Part shown: one piece after another, positions 29,079-38,965 of the stretch
Layout: every line of letters starts with the position of its first letter
Position numbering within the stretch: the stretch's first letter is position 1
Origin: an archaeon 13_2_20CM_2_53_6
GTDB taxonomy: Archaea > Thermoproteota > Bathyarchaeia > 40CM-2-53-6
Direction: 5' to 3'
Assembly: GCA_001915065.1 (NCBI GenBank)
Contig: MNDT01000010.1
Coordinates: 1-62,792 of the forward strand
DNA: 62,792 bases
Translations under genes and position numbers: made by a program
Notes under the pieces: generated by a model
The model's input: only the letters and a program-made list of their open reading frames with translations
Database searches by the model: none
Told to the model about the DNA's origin: nothing

Positions 29079-29573
29079 CTAGCCTTTGAGGGCTTTGAAG
29101 ACCTCTTCAGCCTTCGAGGTGCTAACCAGTTTTACCGTAATCGGGTCTTTCGAGCCGTTTAGCCGAATCCTGAGTACAGCGATACCGAGCCTCCACCATG
29201 CTACAACCAGCGCTGCAATAATGATGATTAGTCCTGCCATGAGGCTGAGGTCGTATGGAAAGATGGACAGCGGCAGCCGTTGAGCCGTAGGGAACCACCA
29301 TATCAGGAAACTGCCTATTGCTCCGAGGACTGCGAAAGTCAGTGGAGGGATTAGGCTCTTGGTGATCAGTTCTAGAGTGTTGATGTTGGATGTTGGCACG
29401 TTCATGAAGTTCTCTCCCATCGCAAACCTCTTGCCCACTAGAAGCCGGGATTCTGTCACGTAGACCTGGTAGTTGACGCCGGCGCAGTGGGCTAAAATGT
29501 TCTCCGGGCCAACCAGGCGTTGTAGATTGGTCAAGTCCTCTGGAGAGGAATCTACAATTTTGCGTTTTACCAT
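29079..29573 (-). CDS. Hypothetical membrane protein (PH-like domain + 2 TM)
   Basis: VYVTESRLLV beta-strand pattern plus two TM helices; start placed at ATG 29573. Confidence 0.6.
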   Translation of the reverse strand: MVKRKIVDSSPEDLTNLQRLVGPENILAHCAGVNYQVYVTESRLLVGKRFAMGENFMNVPTSNINTLELITKSLIPPLTFAVLGAIGSFLIWWFPTAQRLPLSIFPYDLSLMAGLIIIIAALVVAWWRLGIAVLRIRLNGSKDPITVKLVSTSKAEEVFKALKG

Positions 29574-29676
29574 CGTGTAACTCTCACCCCACACACTCAC
29601 GAACAGCCGAGTCGCTGGTCGAATTGATCGAAGTACTCTCTGGGTGCGACTGTCCACGCGAGTCGACCCTCTCTCC

Positions 29677-30297
29677 TCATCCTCTCTTCGGCTTCAATTG
29701 TCTCTCAAACACTCGGCCGTTGGGCTCCTCTTCGGCAAAAACTTGGCCTTGGAAACGTGAGACCCGTAGGCTCCCCGTAAGCCACGCATCGGGGGGCAGA
29801 TCGGCCTTCAGGCAGCAATGGGAGAGAAATTCCTCGCTGTCGAATCCCTCGTCGACGGCTACCTGGGGCAGCAGCAATCCATGACTACCCATCCCCTCGA
29901 CCATCAGTCCGTCCCGACCTACGGTTATGTTCTCTCTCAGATCGAGAGGATTCCTAACCCAGAGGGGTTCTAGCGTCGAGAGCACAGTGGCTTCGATTGT
30001 AATCCTGTTCCTCAATTCGTCTAGGGTTAGAGGCCTAAAACGAAAATCGGTGGTCGCGGCTTCGACCCCTGCGAGCCTTACCTGTTCTAGCAGGGGACGC
30101 GTTGGAAGAGGAATCCCGATGCAACCTCTCAGACCATTGCCCCTCGAATGATCGAGGAGGGTCACGAAGACCCCTCTCTCCTCATTGAGTCTGCGACCCA
30201 CATTGGACGGGCTGGGAGTCTCGACTCCCGACAGATGCGATTCTATGGCTACGCGTCCAGCTTTGACCAGCACTTCGCCTTCTTCTAGGGTCAGCAT
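29677..30297 (-). CDS. AMMECR1 domain protein
   Basis: RGVFVTL, LRGCIG, GLLLPQVA, CLKA. Confidence 0.92.
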   Translation of the reverse strand: MLTLEEGEVLVKAGRVAIESHLSGVETPSPSNVGRRLNEERGVFVTLLDHSRGNGLRGCIGIPLPTRPLLEQVRLAGVEAATTDFRFRPLTLDELRNRITIEATVLSTLEPLWVRNPLDLRENITVGRDGLMVEGMGSHGLLLPQVAVDEGFDSEEFLSHCCLKADLPPDAWLTGSLRVSRFQGQVFAEEEPNGRVFERQLKPKRG

Positions 30298-30788
30298 CTG
30301 GTTGCTCGCTCCGGTGATGCTATCCTTTGCGCTTCTTGCAGGCTGTGACGTATCTGTTTCCAGTGGCTTCCGACCCAATACGTTTTACCGCAGCCAGTAT
30401 TTGTGCATCTCCAAAACTTGTCGTAGAGTTTGAGGCTTTTGGCTGGGACAGTGTTGAGGGCTGATTCCCTTGAAATCTCCCGTAAATCAGATCCGCATTC
30501 TGGACATCTCGTCGTGGCCATATTGATCTCCAATGAGATGCCTAGCGTTTTCACTAGTTGTCCCAGCCGGACTTCTTCCTTTTCTCCTGTTACAAGAACC
30601 GAGTTAATGTTCTTGGCTCTTGCCCGGTTGTAGAGTTCCTCGTCTCTGGTTAGGAGGAACGCCTCTTGCCTCTTGGATAGTTCGAGCAGAGTATTGTCGT
30701 CGGCTTTTGAGTCATATTCAGTCTCGTATCCTAGCATTCTGAGCCAGCGCGCTAGCCCACCTAACATTCCGTCGACTACAAATCTCAA
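30291..30788 (-). CDS. Mut7-C RNase (PIN) domain protein
   Basis: DGMLGGLARWLRMLGY, LLTRD, RCPECG, YWVGSH. Confidence 0.92.
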   Translation of the reverse strand: MRFVVDGMLGGLARWLRMLGYETEYDSKADDNTLLELSKRQEAFLLTRDEELYNRARAKNINSVLVTGEKEEVRLGQLVKTLGISLEINMATTRCPECGSDLREISRESALNTVPAKSLKLYDKFWRCTNTGCGKTYWVGSHWKQIRHSLQEAQRIASPERATRC

Positions 30789-32143
30789 CTGGAGAAGCTG
30801 CTCCGCAACACTTGGCCACAGCCCTCTCTCCCGAGCATCTCCCCGTCGTGATAGACGAGTCTGCCACTGACTATCGTAGAGACTAATGCGCCCTTCGTAG
30901 TCATCCCATCAAATGGTGAAAACTTGGCTTTCGAGAAAAACTTGCTAGAATCGATTCGAGATCTCTTCTTCAGATCAACCAGAATCACGTCGCCATCGTA
31001 CCCGGGGCGAAGCTTTGCTTTTGACCGAAGCCCGAATATTCTGGCCGGATTATCGGCCAAGAGTTTGAGGAGGAGTGAGAGGTTCAGTTTTCCTTTGCTG
31101 ACCAGCGTCAGCATTAATGGCAACTCTGTCTCCAGTCCCGGAACCCCTGGCAGGCTGTTGCCTGGTTGTCGTTCCTTCTCTCCAACAGTGTGGGGGGCGT
31201 GATCGCTGGCGACTACATCCGAGGCACCGGAGCAAGTGGCCGATAGAAGGCGCCGCCTTTCGGCCTCCGACCTCAAGGGGGGCACCATCCATGCTTTCCA
31301 GCCGACCTTCTCCAAGACTCCCTGTGATAGCCACAAGTGATGAGGGGTGACCTCACTCGTGAAACTGGAAGATTCTGCGGCGATCTTGTCCAGGCTCGAT
31401 TTGAGAGTCAGGTGACAGAAGTGGACCTTGCACCCAGTCTGTCTCTGGATCCTAACGATCCTTTCCACGGCCCTTGTTTCGAAGATCGGCGGGCGACCAT
31501 CGGCTAGCTGTCGGAAACTGTCTATCGCGGGTGTCTCATTGCGAGACACAATGTCTTCAGCGTGAACCGTTACGGGGATTCTTGCCTCCCTTGCATCATT
31601 CATCAACTGGCGTATCTGAGCATCATCTTCCACATTGAACGGTGCGATGGGCTTTGGCATGTATAATTTGAGCGAGAAGGCCCCCGCTCGGGCTAGCGCT
31701 TGTGTCGTCTTGGCCTCAGGTACGGCCGCAACATGAAACCCGATGTTGACGCGCGCTTTCTTGGAGGCTTCTCTCTCTTTTTCCACTAGTCTTCGAGGTG
31801 TATCGGTGGGCGGTAGAGTGTTTGGCATATCCAGTACTGTGGTGAATCCTCCGGCCGCGGCGGCTGCAGTGCCAGTGGCAAAATCCTCCTTGTACGCTAG
31901 CCCCATGTCCCGCAGGTGCACGTGGACGTCGATAAGACCAGGCAGAGCGCACAAACCGGACGCGTCGATTGCTTCATGGCTTCCGGCGTCTGTTCTGCGA
32001 GACGTCTTCTTGATCCTGCCTTCTTCTATGAGGATCGAGCCTCTCGTGAACCCGTGTCCAGTCCAGATGTTTGCATCCTTGACCAGAATATTCTGGTCTT
32101 CCAAGTCTGGGTTTGAGTCAGCTCTCTTCTTCCGCGGAGCCAA
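30785..32143 (-). CDS. pyrC: Dihydroorotase
   Basis: PGLIDVHVHLRD, DMPNT, EVTPHHL, PPLR, SDHAPH. Confidence 0.88.
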   Translation of the reverse strand: MAPRKKRADSNPDLEDQNILVKDANIWTGHGFTRGSILIEEGRIKKTSRRTDAGSHEAIDASGLCALPGLIDVHVHLRDMGLAYKEDFATGTAAAAAGGFTTVLDMPNTLPPTDTPRRLVEKEREASKKARVNIGFHVAAVPEAKTTQALARAGAFSLKLYMPKPIAPFNVEDDAQIRQLMNDAREARIPVTVHAEDIVSRNETPAIDSFRQLADGRPPIFETRAVERIVRIQRQTGCKVHFCHLTLKSSLDKIAAESSSFTSEVTPHHLWLSQGVLEKVGWKAWMVPPLRSEAERRRLLSATCSGASDVVASDHAPHTVGEKERQPGNSLPGVPGLETELPLMLTLVSKGKLNLSLLLKLLADNPARIFGLRSKAKLRPGYDGDVILVDLKKRSRIDSSKFFSKAKFSPFDGMTTKGALVSTIVSGRLVYHDGEMLGREGCGQVLRSSFSS

Positions 32144-32702
32144 GTTCCTTCGCGCAGTCCTGGCAGAGGAAGATGCCGTCTTTCTGAACTAGGCTATCTG
32201 ACCACATTTCACATTCGTCGCAGTAGCCAGATAGGTTCGACCGACTAGGACGGGGTCTCGCCACGCCGACCCTGGTCTTCTCCGAGGCGAGATCGATTAT
32301 TGCCGGCGTCACTTCCAGAATGTCCTTCATTGTCAAGACCCCGGAAAGTCTTCCGTCCTCGATAACCGCGAGTCTTCTGACTTTCTGATGGTTCATGAGT
32401 TTCGCAGCCTCTGTCACAGTCGCCTTGGACTGGATCGTGATTACTGGTTTGGACATCGAATCGGCCACTGTCACTTTGGAGGGCAAGAGATTCTTGGCCG
32501 CGATCCTCTGGACGATGTCTCGCTCCGTGACTATCCCGACTGTCTCTCCCTTCTTGCCGGAGACAAGGACGCAGCCGATGTTGTGTTTGGCCATTAGCTT
32601 GGCCACATCTGCGGCCGTGTCCGACTCTTTCACCGTGATGACGGGCCGAGACATGATGTCTCTTACAACCACTTCCTCCGGCTCTGTCTCGTGCACCGAC
32701 AA
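32118..32702 (-). CDS. CBS-pair protein with C-terminal Zn ribbon
   Basis: Two CBS domains plus GYCDEC...LCQDC; a TATA-like TTTATA lies ~28 nt upstream of TTG 32702. Confidence 0.85.
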   Translation of the reverse strand: MSVHETEPEEVVVRDIMSRPVITVKESDTAADVAKLMAKHNIGCVLVSGKKGETVGIVTERDIVQRIAAKNLLPSKVTVADSMSKPVITIQSKATVTEAAKLMNHQKVRRLAVIEDGRLSGVLTMKDILEVTPAIIDLASEKTRVGVARPRPSRSNLSGYCDECEMWSDSLVQKDGIFLCQDCAKELGSAEEES

Positions 32703-32830
32703 GGGCAGTAACCGCAGCGACCCGACTTGTATAAAATCTTCGTGCGAGTCTGACGCTGCTCTCCGGCAAAACGTTATCAGCATCCAGAGTGTTGGCACTC
32801 TTCCGAGCCTTGTCTAGCGCGGGGTCCAAC

Positions 32831-33175
32831 TTGGCGGTCCAGACTTCGAGGGAGGTCAGGCCGAGTCGTTTCGCTCTGCCTCCGACCTCGATTGTTTACT
32901 GGCTACGTCTAGGCTTCGGCGTCCTCGCGGGGGTTGTCTACAACATAGTCGGATTTGGACAAGGAGGGGTAATTCTCGGAACTCTTGCTCTGATCAGTGT
33001 CGGAATCGGCATATACGCTGTCTCGGTGATACTCGTCAAGAACATTCTAGGCTATGGACCCGACGAGTTAAAGGGTCCGAACAAGCATGTTACTCTGGGA
33101 ATGGGTTCCTATATCATCTGGATGATTTTCACGACGATTCTGCTAAATACTGTGTTAAACCCTCATCCTTCTTAG
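32831..33175 (+). CDS. Three-TM membrane protein (EMC6/Rab5ip-like)
   Basis: YWLR..FGVLAG...GMGSYIIW pattern. Confidence 0.55.
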   Translation: MAVQTSREVRPSRFALPPTSIVYWLRLGFGVLAGVVYNIVGFGQGGVILGTLALISVGIGIYAVSVILVKNILGYGPDELKGPNKHVTLGMGSYIIWMIFTTILLNTVLNPHPS

Positions 33176-33587
33176 CCTCTTCCATCTTTTCCCCTAGTTC
33201 TGGCGGAGTTACTGGGCTGGGAGGTCCTCCCGTCTTTAGCGCAGACAGGACCGTGACGTAGTCTTCTAGTGCCTTAAAGAATCCCCGATCATATTCTCCA
33301 TGTATCTCGTTCGAAGCGAACTTCTCGAACTCTTCTCGGAGCTGCTTTATCGACTCTTCCGTCCGGTTTGCTAGAGCCCGTGGTAGATAGATGTACTTGT
33401 CATCATTACTCTTGTAAGTGAGGAGTAGTCCTTCTAGGGCCTTGACGTACCCCTTGTACCATGCGGTATTCTGTGCCTTCTGACGGATCGTATCGAGCTC
33501 CTTCTCGGCGTCTGTCCAGGCGCGCGTCTCAACGTTTTGGAAGTACCGGTTGACCGTGTCTTTCGGTATAGGATTTTCCGGTTTCAC
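33129..33587 (-). CDS. Hypothetical protein coupled to radA
   Basis: 4-bp overlap with the radA stop; internal repeat KGYVKALEG/RGFFKALED. Confidence 0.7.
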   Translation of the reverse strand: MKPENPIPKDTVNRYFQNVETRAWTDAEKELDTIRQKAQNTAWYKGYVKALEGLLLTYKSNDDKYIYLPRALANRTEESIKQLREEFEKFASNEIHGEYDRGFFKALEDYVTVLSALKTGGPPSPVTPPELGEKMEEAKKDEGLTQYLAESS

Positions 33588-34573
33588 CGGCGCCGTTTGA
33601 CCTCGTCCTCCTCGGACACGTCAACAATGCCAGTCTCCGTGACTTTGAATATTCTTTCACCTTCGGGAAGATATGGGCTGGATACAAGGCGTGCGATCCT
33701 TATTGGACCGCTGGCTGCTCGTCTGAGGAAGACCCGCGTGTGACTTGTGTGCGCTACGATGTGGCCTCCTACAGCGTCTACTTGGTTGGCGAAGAACTGG
33801 TCCGGCTTGGCCATGACCTGGTTGGTTACTATGGCGACGGCGTTGAATCCCCTCGCAAGCCGTATGAGACGGTGCATGTGGTTGTTCAGCCGTTGCTGCC
33901 GCTCGGCGAGCATCTCCCGCCCGAGATATTCGCTTCGGAAGTGAGATGTTAGCGAATCGATTATTATTACGCGGATATTGTTGTCTTTGATTATCTGGTC
34001 GGCTTTTTCCAGTAGGAGCATCTGGTGATCTGAATTGTATGCCTCGGAATAGATTATCCTTGACGCCGCATCGATGGCCTCCAACCCGGCGGACTTTGCC
34101 ATTCGCACGATCCATTCCGGACGAAAAGTCTGTTCCGTGTCCAGGTAGAGCGCGCCACCGTTCAAACCGCCCTTGTCCAATGGCAGTTGCACGTTGACTG
34201 CGAGCTGATGGCAGAGGACGGATTTTCCTACCCCATACTCGCCGTAGACTTCTGTAATCGTCTGCGTTTCTAGACCACCGCCGACGAGCTCGTCGAAGGC
34301 CTTGCTGCCAGTCGTAAGCCGTACGACGTTCGCTTTCATCTTCATCAGCTCGTCTGCTCTGATGAAAGAAAGCGAGATGCTGTCGCGGGCTATGCCGATG
34401 ATCTTGGCTGCCTGTTTCTCTCCGATCCCTGCCGGGACGAGCTCTCTCACTGTAGCGGCTGCGAGGCTTTCGATCGTATGGAAGCCCAGCTCTTTCAGCT
34501 TGTCAGCGGTGGATGGACCTACGCCAGGGAGGTCTTCTACAACCTCGTATTTTCGGACGGCTTCCTGACTCAC
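33584..34573 (-). CDS. radA: DNA repair and recombination protein RadA
   Basis: N-terminal HhH (LPGVG), Walker A GEYGVGKS, DTEQTFRPE, IDSLTSHFRSEY, TNQV, GGHIVAH. Confidence 0.95.
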   Translation of the reverse strand: MSQEAVRKYEVVEDLPGVGPSTADKLKELGFHTIESLAAATVRELVPAGIGEKQAAKIIGIARDSISLSFIRADELMKMKANVVRLTTGSKAFDELVGGGLETQTITEVYGEYGVGKSVLCHQLAVNVQLPLDKGGLNGGALYLDTEQTFRPEWIVRMAKSAGLEAIDAASRIIYSEAYNSDHQMLLLEKADQIIKDNNIRVIIIDSLTSHFRSEYLGREMLAERQQRLNNHMHRLIRLARGFNAVAIVTNQVMAKPDQFFANQVDAVGGHIVAHTSHTRVFLRRAASGPIRIARLVSSPYLPEGERIFKVTETGIVDVSEEDEVKRRR

Positions 34574-34957
34574 CAGGTTTCACTCGAGACTATGGATCGA
34601 TCTCTACTCTGCGTCACTATTTAATCTGCGGCCAGACACCGGTCGGATTTAGCGGAGAGACGAATCCGAACCTAATCGTGTGCCAATGTTCCGCGTTTGA
34701 TGTTTCACCGGATACGCCATAGTCAACTATTACTTCTATGGAGAAAGAAGTCACTCCACAAAGGGACACCGACTGTTTTCTCTCGAATTTGACGCCCTTC
34801 TGCTGAGGGGTCTGGCCGAAACGAAGCCGATCTGGGGCTACCGCATGAAATTAACGTTGCTTGCTACGAAAGTAGCACATAACCAGTAACGGTTCGCGCT
34901 AGTTGCGTTGGGCACGTAGGGGAATTCACGCTCCTAGCTGGAAAGATTGGAGCGAGA

Positions 34958-35410
34958 TTAAACTCTGCCTGACTTCTTCGTCGCCGCGAAGTAAGCCTCT
35001 CGACTGAGAGCATCTGCTTCCTTGTTCTCTTCACGAGGTATCCATCTGAATTTGACTCTCTCAAACTGACTGGTTAGGCCTTTCGCCTCTTTGTATTCTT
35101 GGGCGTAGAGTCCCTTGTGAAACTTCCACTCGCCTTTCATTTGATTGACGAGAAGTCTGGAGTCACTCCTTATCTCGACGGGCAGCAGTGTCATCTTCTC
35201 CCTTATCAGATAACGGAGTGCTTCGCAGAGAGCCGCATACTCGGCCACGTTGTTGCTCATCCCCGTTCCCTTCCCCACAACCCCAGATTTCCTAGCAATA
35301 TCTCTGCCAGCATCGTTTCTAACGACGTAACCGTAGGTTGCCGTTCCCCCAGGATTCACGGGCTCGCAGAGTCCATCCACGTAGACCACAATCTCAGCAG
35401 TAGCACTCAC
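34958..35410 (-). CDS. rnhA: Ribonuclease HI family protein
   Basis: YVDG..EPVNPGG, SNNVAEY, RSDSRL, WIPREENKEADALS. Confidence 0.9.
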   Translation of the reverse strand: MSATAEIVVYVDGLCEPVNPGGTATYGYVVRNDAGRDIARKSGVVGKGTGMSNNVAEYAALCEALRYLIREKMTLLPVEIRSDSRLLVNQMKGEWKFHKGLYAQEYKEAKGLTSQFERVKFRWIPREENKEADALSREAYFAATKKSGRV

Positions 35411-35833
35411 CTCTGACTCCTTCTAGAATTTTGACCAATAACGGACAATGTATAAGGAGACACGAGGGGAAGGTCGACATCATGACCCCTTGCCCCCTGC
35501 TTCATCACTGAAAGAAATCAAAGGCATCTTCTCTAGAAGAACCTACTACCAATCAGCCAGGGTAATGCTCGCGCTGGTCCGCGCTGACATGTACGTTTGT
35601 CCCAAGTGTGGGCCACTACAACAGTTGGTCAACCAAGAGACTAGGGACAGGATGAAACGATCCGCCACCGGGAAACCTCCGAAGTAAAGAAGCGGTTCAC
35701 GATACAGACCTGTTCCGACTCGTTACTTTTGAGAGCGTTTGGGAGTAACTATCAAGAAAATAGGCTCAACAAATCTTGTGATCATGAACTCAGGCTACGA
35801 AGCCTAGAGATTGTAAAGAGGGAGAGGAAAGGA

Positions 35834-36250
35834 GTGCAGGCAAAAACGTCGGCCGGGTCGACCGTCACGTTGACAGAGAGTGGGATACTGCTCGAACACT
35901 CGGGACATTTTGGAATCAACAAGAACAACAAGGAGATTCCTTTCTCTTCAGTACGATCCATCAAGTTTGAGAAGCATCTAATCCGGAAGTTCTGGACTGT
36001 GACAACTCGCGAGGGGCCCTTCTACCTCGAAGCTGATACTAACAACAGCGATTTTATCGGAGAACTCAAGGCCAGGATCGCCCCCTACCAGGGCGCAACA
36101 GTGGTCATTCAGCCACAGCAGCCAGTGCAGCAATCAGTTGTTCGAGAGGTCACGACTCAGAAGGAAGTCGTCAAGCTACGCTGTTCACACTGTCGAACGC
36201 TAAATCTTGACACTAACCAGTCGTGCTCCAACTGCGGAGCGAGACTCTAG
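35834..36250 (+). CDS. PH-like domain + C-terminal Zn ribbon protein
   Basis: KEIPFSSVRSIKFE strand pattern; tail KEVVKLRCSHC...CSNCGA; start placed at GTG 35834. Confidence 0.65.
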   Translation: MQAKTSAGSTVTLTESGILLEHSGHFGINKNNKEIPFSSVRSIKFEKHLIRKFWTVTTREGPFYLEADTNNSDFIGELKARIAPYQGATVVIQPQQPVQQSVVREVTTQKEVVKLRCSHCRTLNLDTNQSCSNCGARL

Positions 36251-36304
36251 GGACCGGGTTGAAGCTCTGATTATTATCCGAACCAACTTCTACTCATCGT
36301 CCAA

Positions 36305-36448
36305 ATGAAGCCCGATCCTGACCGCTGCAAGTGCCACTGTGGCTGCAAAAGGAAAGGCGCAGATGTCAAGGGTCTACAGGGCAACACGTATCGATTGGCC
36401 CTGTGTCGCGAGTGCTCGGAGAAGCACGAGCCGCGAAAACTCAGATAG
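36305..36448 (+). CDS. 47-aa Cys-rich micro-protein
   Basis: Manual translation MKPDPDRCKCHCGCKRKG...LCRECSEKHEPRKLR; below the track length cutoff. Confidence 0.55.
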   Translation: MKPDPDRCKCHCGCKRKGADVKGLQGNTYRLALCRECSEKHEPRKLR

Positions 36449-36501
36449 TATTTCGCTCCGACTCTTCTACCTAAGAGACCTTCTGAGCTAATCAGGCTTC
36501 G

Positions 36502-36783
36502 ATGCCTTCTCTGGAAGACGACCTCCCATCGTGCGGCCGTGCCGAAATACTGGAATATCTGGCCAAGCTGAAGACGGCCGAAGAGTTTGCCGGGAGAATT
36601 CTTCGCCTTGGGACTAGCTACGACATGGTGCTGGTCACGGTACGCCGGAATGGCGATTCGCACGAGCAGACCTATCCGCTGGACAGGTGGGGGATTTATC
36701 CTACCAACGACTGTCTACGGTTCCAGCACGAGTTCCGAGTCAAACCGTACGGCAAGCTCCAGATAACCAAATGTAAACATTGA
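36502..36783 (+). CDS. Hypothetical protein
   Basis: 93-aa ORF co-oriented with its neighbours; no recognised motif. Confidence 0.45.
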   Translation: MPSLEDDLPSCGRAEILEYLAKLKTAEEFAGRILRLGTSYDMVLVTVRRNGDSHEQTYPLDRWGIYPTNDCLRFQHEFRVKPYGKLQITKCKH

Positions 36784-36895
36784 TCCAAGATCCGACAGTC
36801 GTGACACAAACAGGCGAACGGGAATGGGCCATCTTTAGGTTTGCCAGAGATCACTTAAGGTAAAGCGTACCAGAGAAAAGGCGGTACCCTTTCGT

Positions 36896-37468
36896 TTGAG
36901 TGAGATTGACACCCTAATCGGAGTTGGAGGGACAATGGCAGGCACCCTTCTCGGTGTTGTCGTCACGCACCTCTTAGAACAGAGGGGTAGGGCCTACCAA
37001 AAGAGAGAGGACATCGCCTTTGGGCCTCTTCAAGATCGATACGAGGCCCTGAAAGCGACCTACCGTGTGATGGTGCGCTGTCACGTCTCAGTTTTTCAAA
37101 GAACCTTCTCCTACCCGAAGAGTAGGGAAGAATTCGAGAGAGACGTCCTCCAGCCAATAAGAGAGCTTTCCGAGACGATTAACATGAATGGAATGTGGTT
37201 GTCAAAGGTTCAGCCGGAGATTACCGGTGCTTACGAAGCCTATGTCAAAGCGGCCATAGGTATCCAACTCCGGACACCTGCTTACGCGAACACGATTCCA
37301 GAGCAGTCTCGTCCGCCATCAGGAAGCATGGATGTATCTCCGGATGTCTTGACAATGCACTTCACTAAGGCTGTCAAGGCCATGGGCGATGAGATGGGAG
37401 TTGAGCCACTAGAGAAAGGATTGGAGAATATCTTTCGTAGACTGAAGGAAAAACCCCCAGGAAGCTAG
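36896..37468 (+). CDS. Hypothetical protein with N-terminal TM anchor
   Basis: LIGVGGTMAGTLLGVVVT helix followed by a helical domain. Confidence 0.65.
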   Translation: MSEIDTLIGVGGTMAGTLLGVVVTHLLEQRGRAYQKREDIAFGPLQDRYEALKATYRVMVRCHVSVFQRTFSYPKSREEFERDVLQPIRELSETINMNGMWLSKVQPEITGAYEAYVKAAIGIQLRTPAYANTIPEQSRPPSGSMDVSPDVLTMHFTKAVKAMGDEMGVEPLEKGLENIFRRLKEKPPGS

Positions 37469-37628
37469 CGCTCATCAGCGTCCTCAACTTTGGCCGAACC
37501 CACACGCTGAGCTGAGATTCTGTCCTCAAAGACGAGCTTGAAACCACCTTTGATTGCAAATGGGACCAAAGCCCATAGTCATCGATCAGGACCGCCTCAT
37601 ACCCAACCGGTTTGACAGGTACACCCAA

Positions 37629-37802
37629 TCAGGCTTGTTTGAAGCTAGATGTGCAACATTTGCAGGCCTTGCTGAGACAGGGACTCTGTAAGCCGTGGTC
37701 ACACTTTCCACAAGTACAATAGCTCCGGCCTTCTGAAACCATCCCTTTTGCGCCGTCGTGAACAAGTATTCCTTGTGATGCGGCCATCTTACTCCGAGGC
37801 AT
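37629..37802 (-). CDS. 57-aa metallothionein-like micro-protein
   Basis: Manual translation ...RSYCTCGKCDHGLQSPCLSKACKCCTSSFKQA. Confidence 0.55.
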   Translation of the reverse strand: MPRSKMAASQGILVHDGAKGMVSEGRSYCTCGKCDHGLQSPCLSKACKCCTSSFKQA

Positions 37803-37925
37803 GCTAACGAGCTTGAAAACCGGCCGGGTTTAACTCAGTTTTGTAACCAAGACCTGAACAGGGCTCGAAAGCAAGATATAGCGTTAGGATTCGGCGGAAG
37901 TCTCAGGCTATGCGGGCTGAAGAGA

Positions 37926-38087
37926 ATGTCGAATGCTAAGTACATGCAAACCCTAGACTCTCACGTGTACTCTGAGCTGAAGCGTCTGGCAAAGGAGAGG
38001 GGTGTCAGCGTCCAGGAGCTAGTGAGAGCGGTCATCGTTCCCGACTGGATGAGGGCCAACCGGAAGCGAAGCGCCGAGAGGAGATAG
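37926..38087 (+). CDS. RHH/CopG-like DNA-binding protein
   Basis: Manual translation MSNAKYMQTLDSHVYSELKRLAKERGVSVQELVRAVIVPDW... Confidence 0.75.
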   Translation: MSNAKYMQTLDSHVYSELKRLAKERGVSVQELVRAVIVPDWMRANRKRSAERR

Positions 38088-38097
38088 TGACTCGCCT

Positions 38098-38361
38098 ATG
38101 GCAACCGGCCGGAACCACTTCGCCTACCTGTTAAGGATGATTCGGGAAGACCAGAAGAAGACGATAAGCGAATGGAACGCCCTGATCAGGACTGCTCTCA
38201 TAGAGATTGATGAAGAAATCCGAGACGTGAGCGTGTCAGAGCGCAACGCCGTATTCACGTTTGAAGAATACAGGAACCGACTACAGAACCTTGGAGCTAG
38301 TAAAGGTTTCGACATGAAGGACATCGACCCCAAGACTTCAAAATCGGCTCGGAAGGACTGA
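38098..38361 (+). CDS. Hypothetical protein downstream of RHH gene
   Basis: 87-aa ORF starting 10 nt after the RHH stop. Confidence 0.5.
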   Translation: MATGRNHFAYLLRMIREDQKKTISEWNALIRTALIEIDEEIRDVSVSERNAVFTFEEYRNRLQNLGASKGFDMKDIDPKTSKSARKD

Positions 38362-38480
38362 AGAGCCAACGTTCCAGTTTTACGTTAGAACTGATACCTC
38401 GACCCGGCGGTTTACTCGCATCTGAGAAGGAGCGACTTAGAAAAGCGCTATAGGAAGTATCAGTAATAGTTGATACTGAG

Positions 38481-38919
38481 ATGCCGAAACCGATAATCAA
38501 AGGCGTCGTCAGGGTTCTCCGCCCCACGAAATACGAGCTGCTCTGGAAGGGAGCCAGAAGTCAGGAGAACCAGACTAGGCTCGACGCGTTGCTACTCACA
38601 GGTCTCCGTTACGTTGAGGCGCAGCGTCTACAGCAGAATGAGGAGTGGCTCGACGGCGCTTCCGTCTTGGAGCGGCTGGAGTCATAACCTGGAGCGGTGA
38701 GCAGAGTATTCCAAGCTCGACCCTGTTGGACTCGGACCCAAGACAATGCGTAAGACTTGGGAGTCATGGTTAGTTTCGTCCTATCCAGAACGGTTCGCTG
38801 AGATCGTCGTCTCGCAAGGACACACGACCTTCGTCGCTGTAAATCACTACCTAGGACTGCCATTCGATCGACACGACAAAGAGGAGATGGTTGAGTGGGT
38901 GGGGGGCTGGGATAAGTGA
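38481..38919 (+). pseudogene. Tyrosine recombinase/integrase pseudogene
   Basis: N-part LLLTGLRYVE (catalytic Arg). After a frame break and a TGA, the C-part reads KTMRKTWESWL...SQGHT...NHYLGLPF (Arg, His and Tyr motifs). The middle appears deleted. Confidence 0.8.
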
Positions 38920-38965
38920 CAGTCAGCAGATCGGATAGTCGCCCGAGGGAAGGCTGTGGTAAAGA

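Noticed and set aside
33584..34573. Inteins in RadA (or CDC48)
   Set aside because: Both proteins are normal length with continuous motifs.
34794..34838. Hammerhead-like string CTGCTGA...GAAAC
   Set aside because: The core deviates from CUGANGA and stems II/III cannot be formed convincingly.
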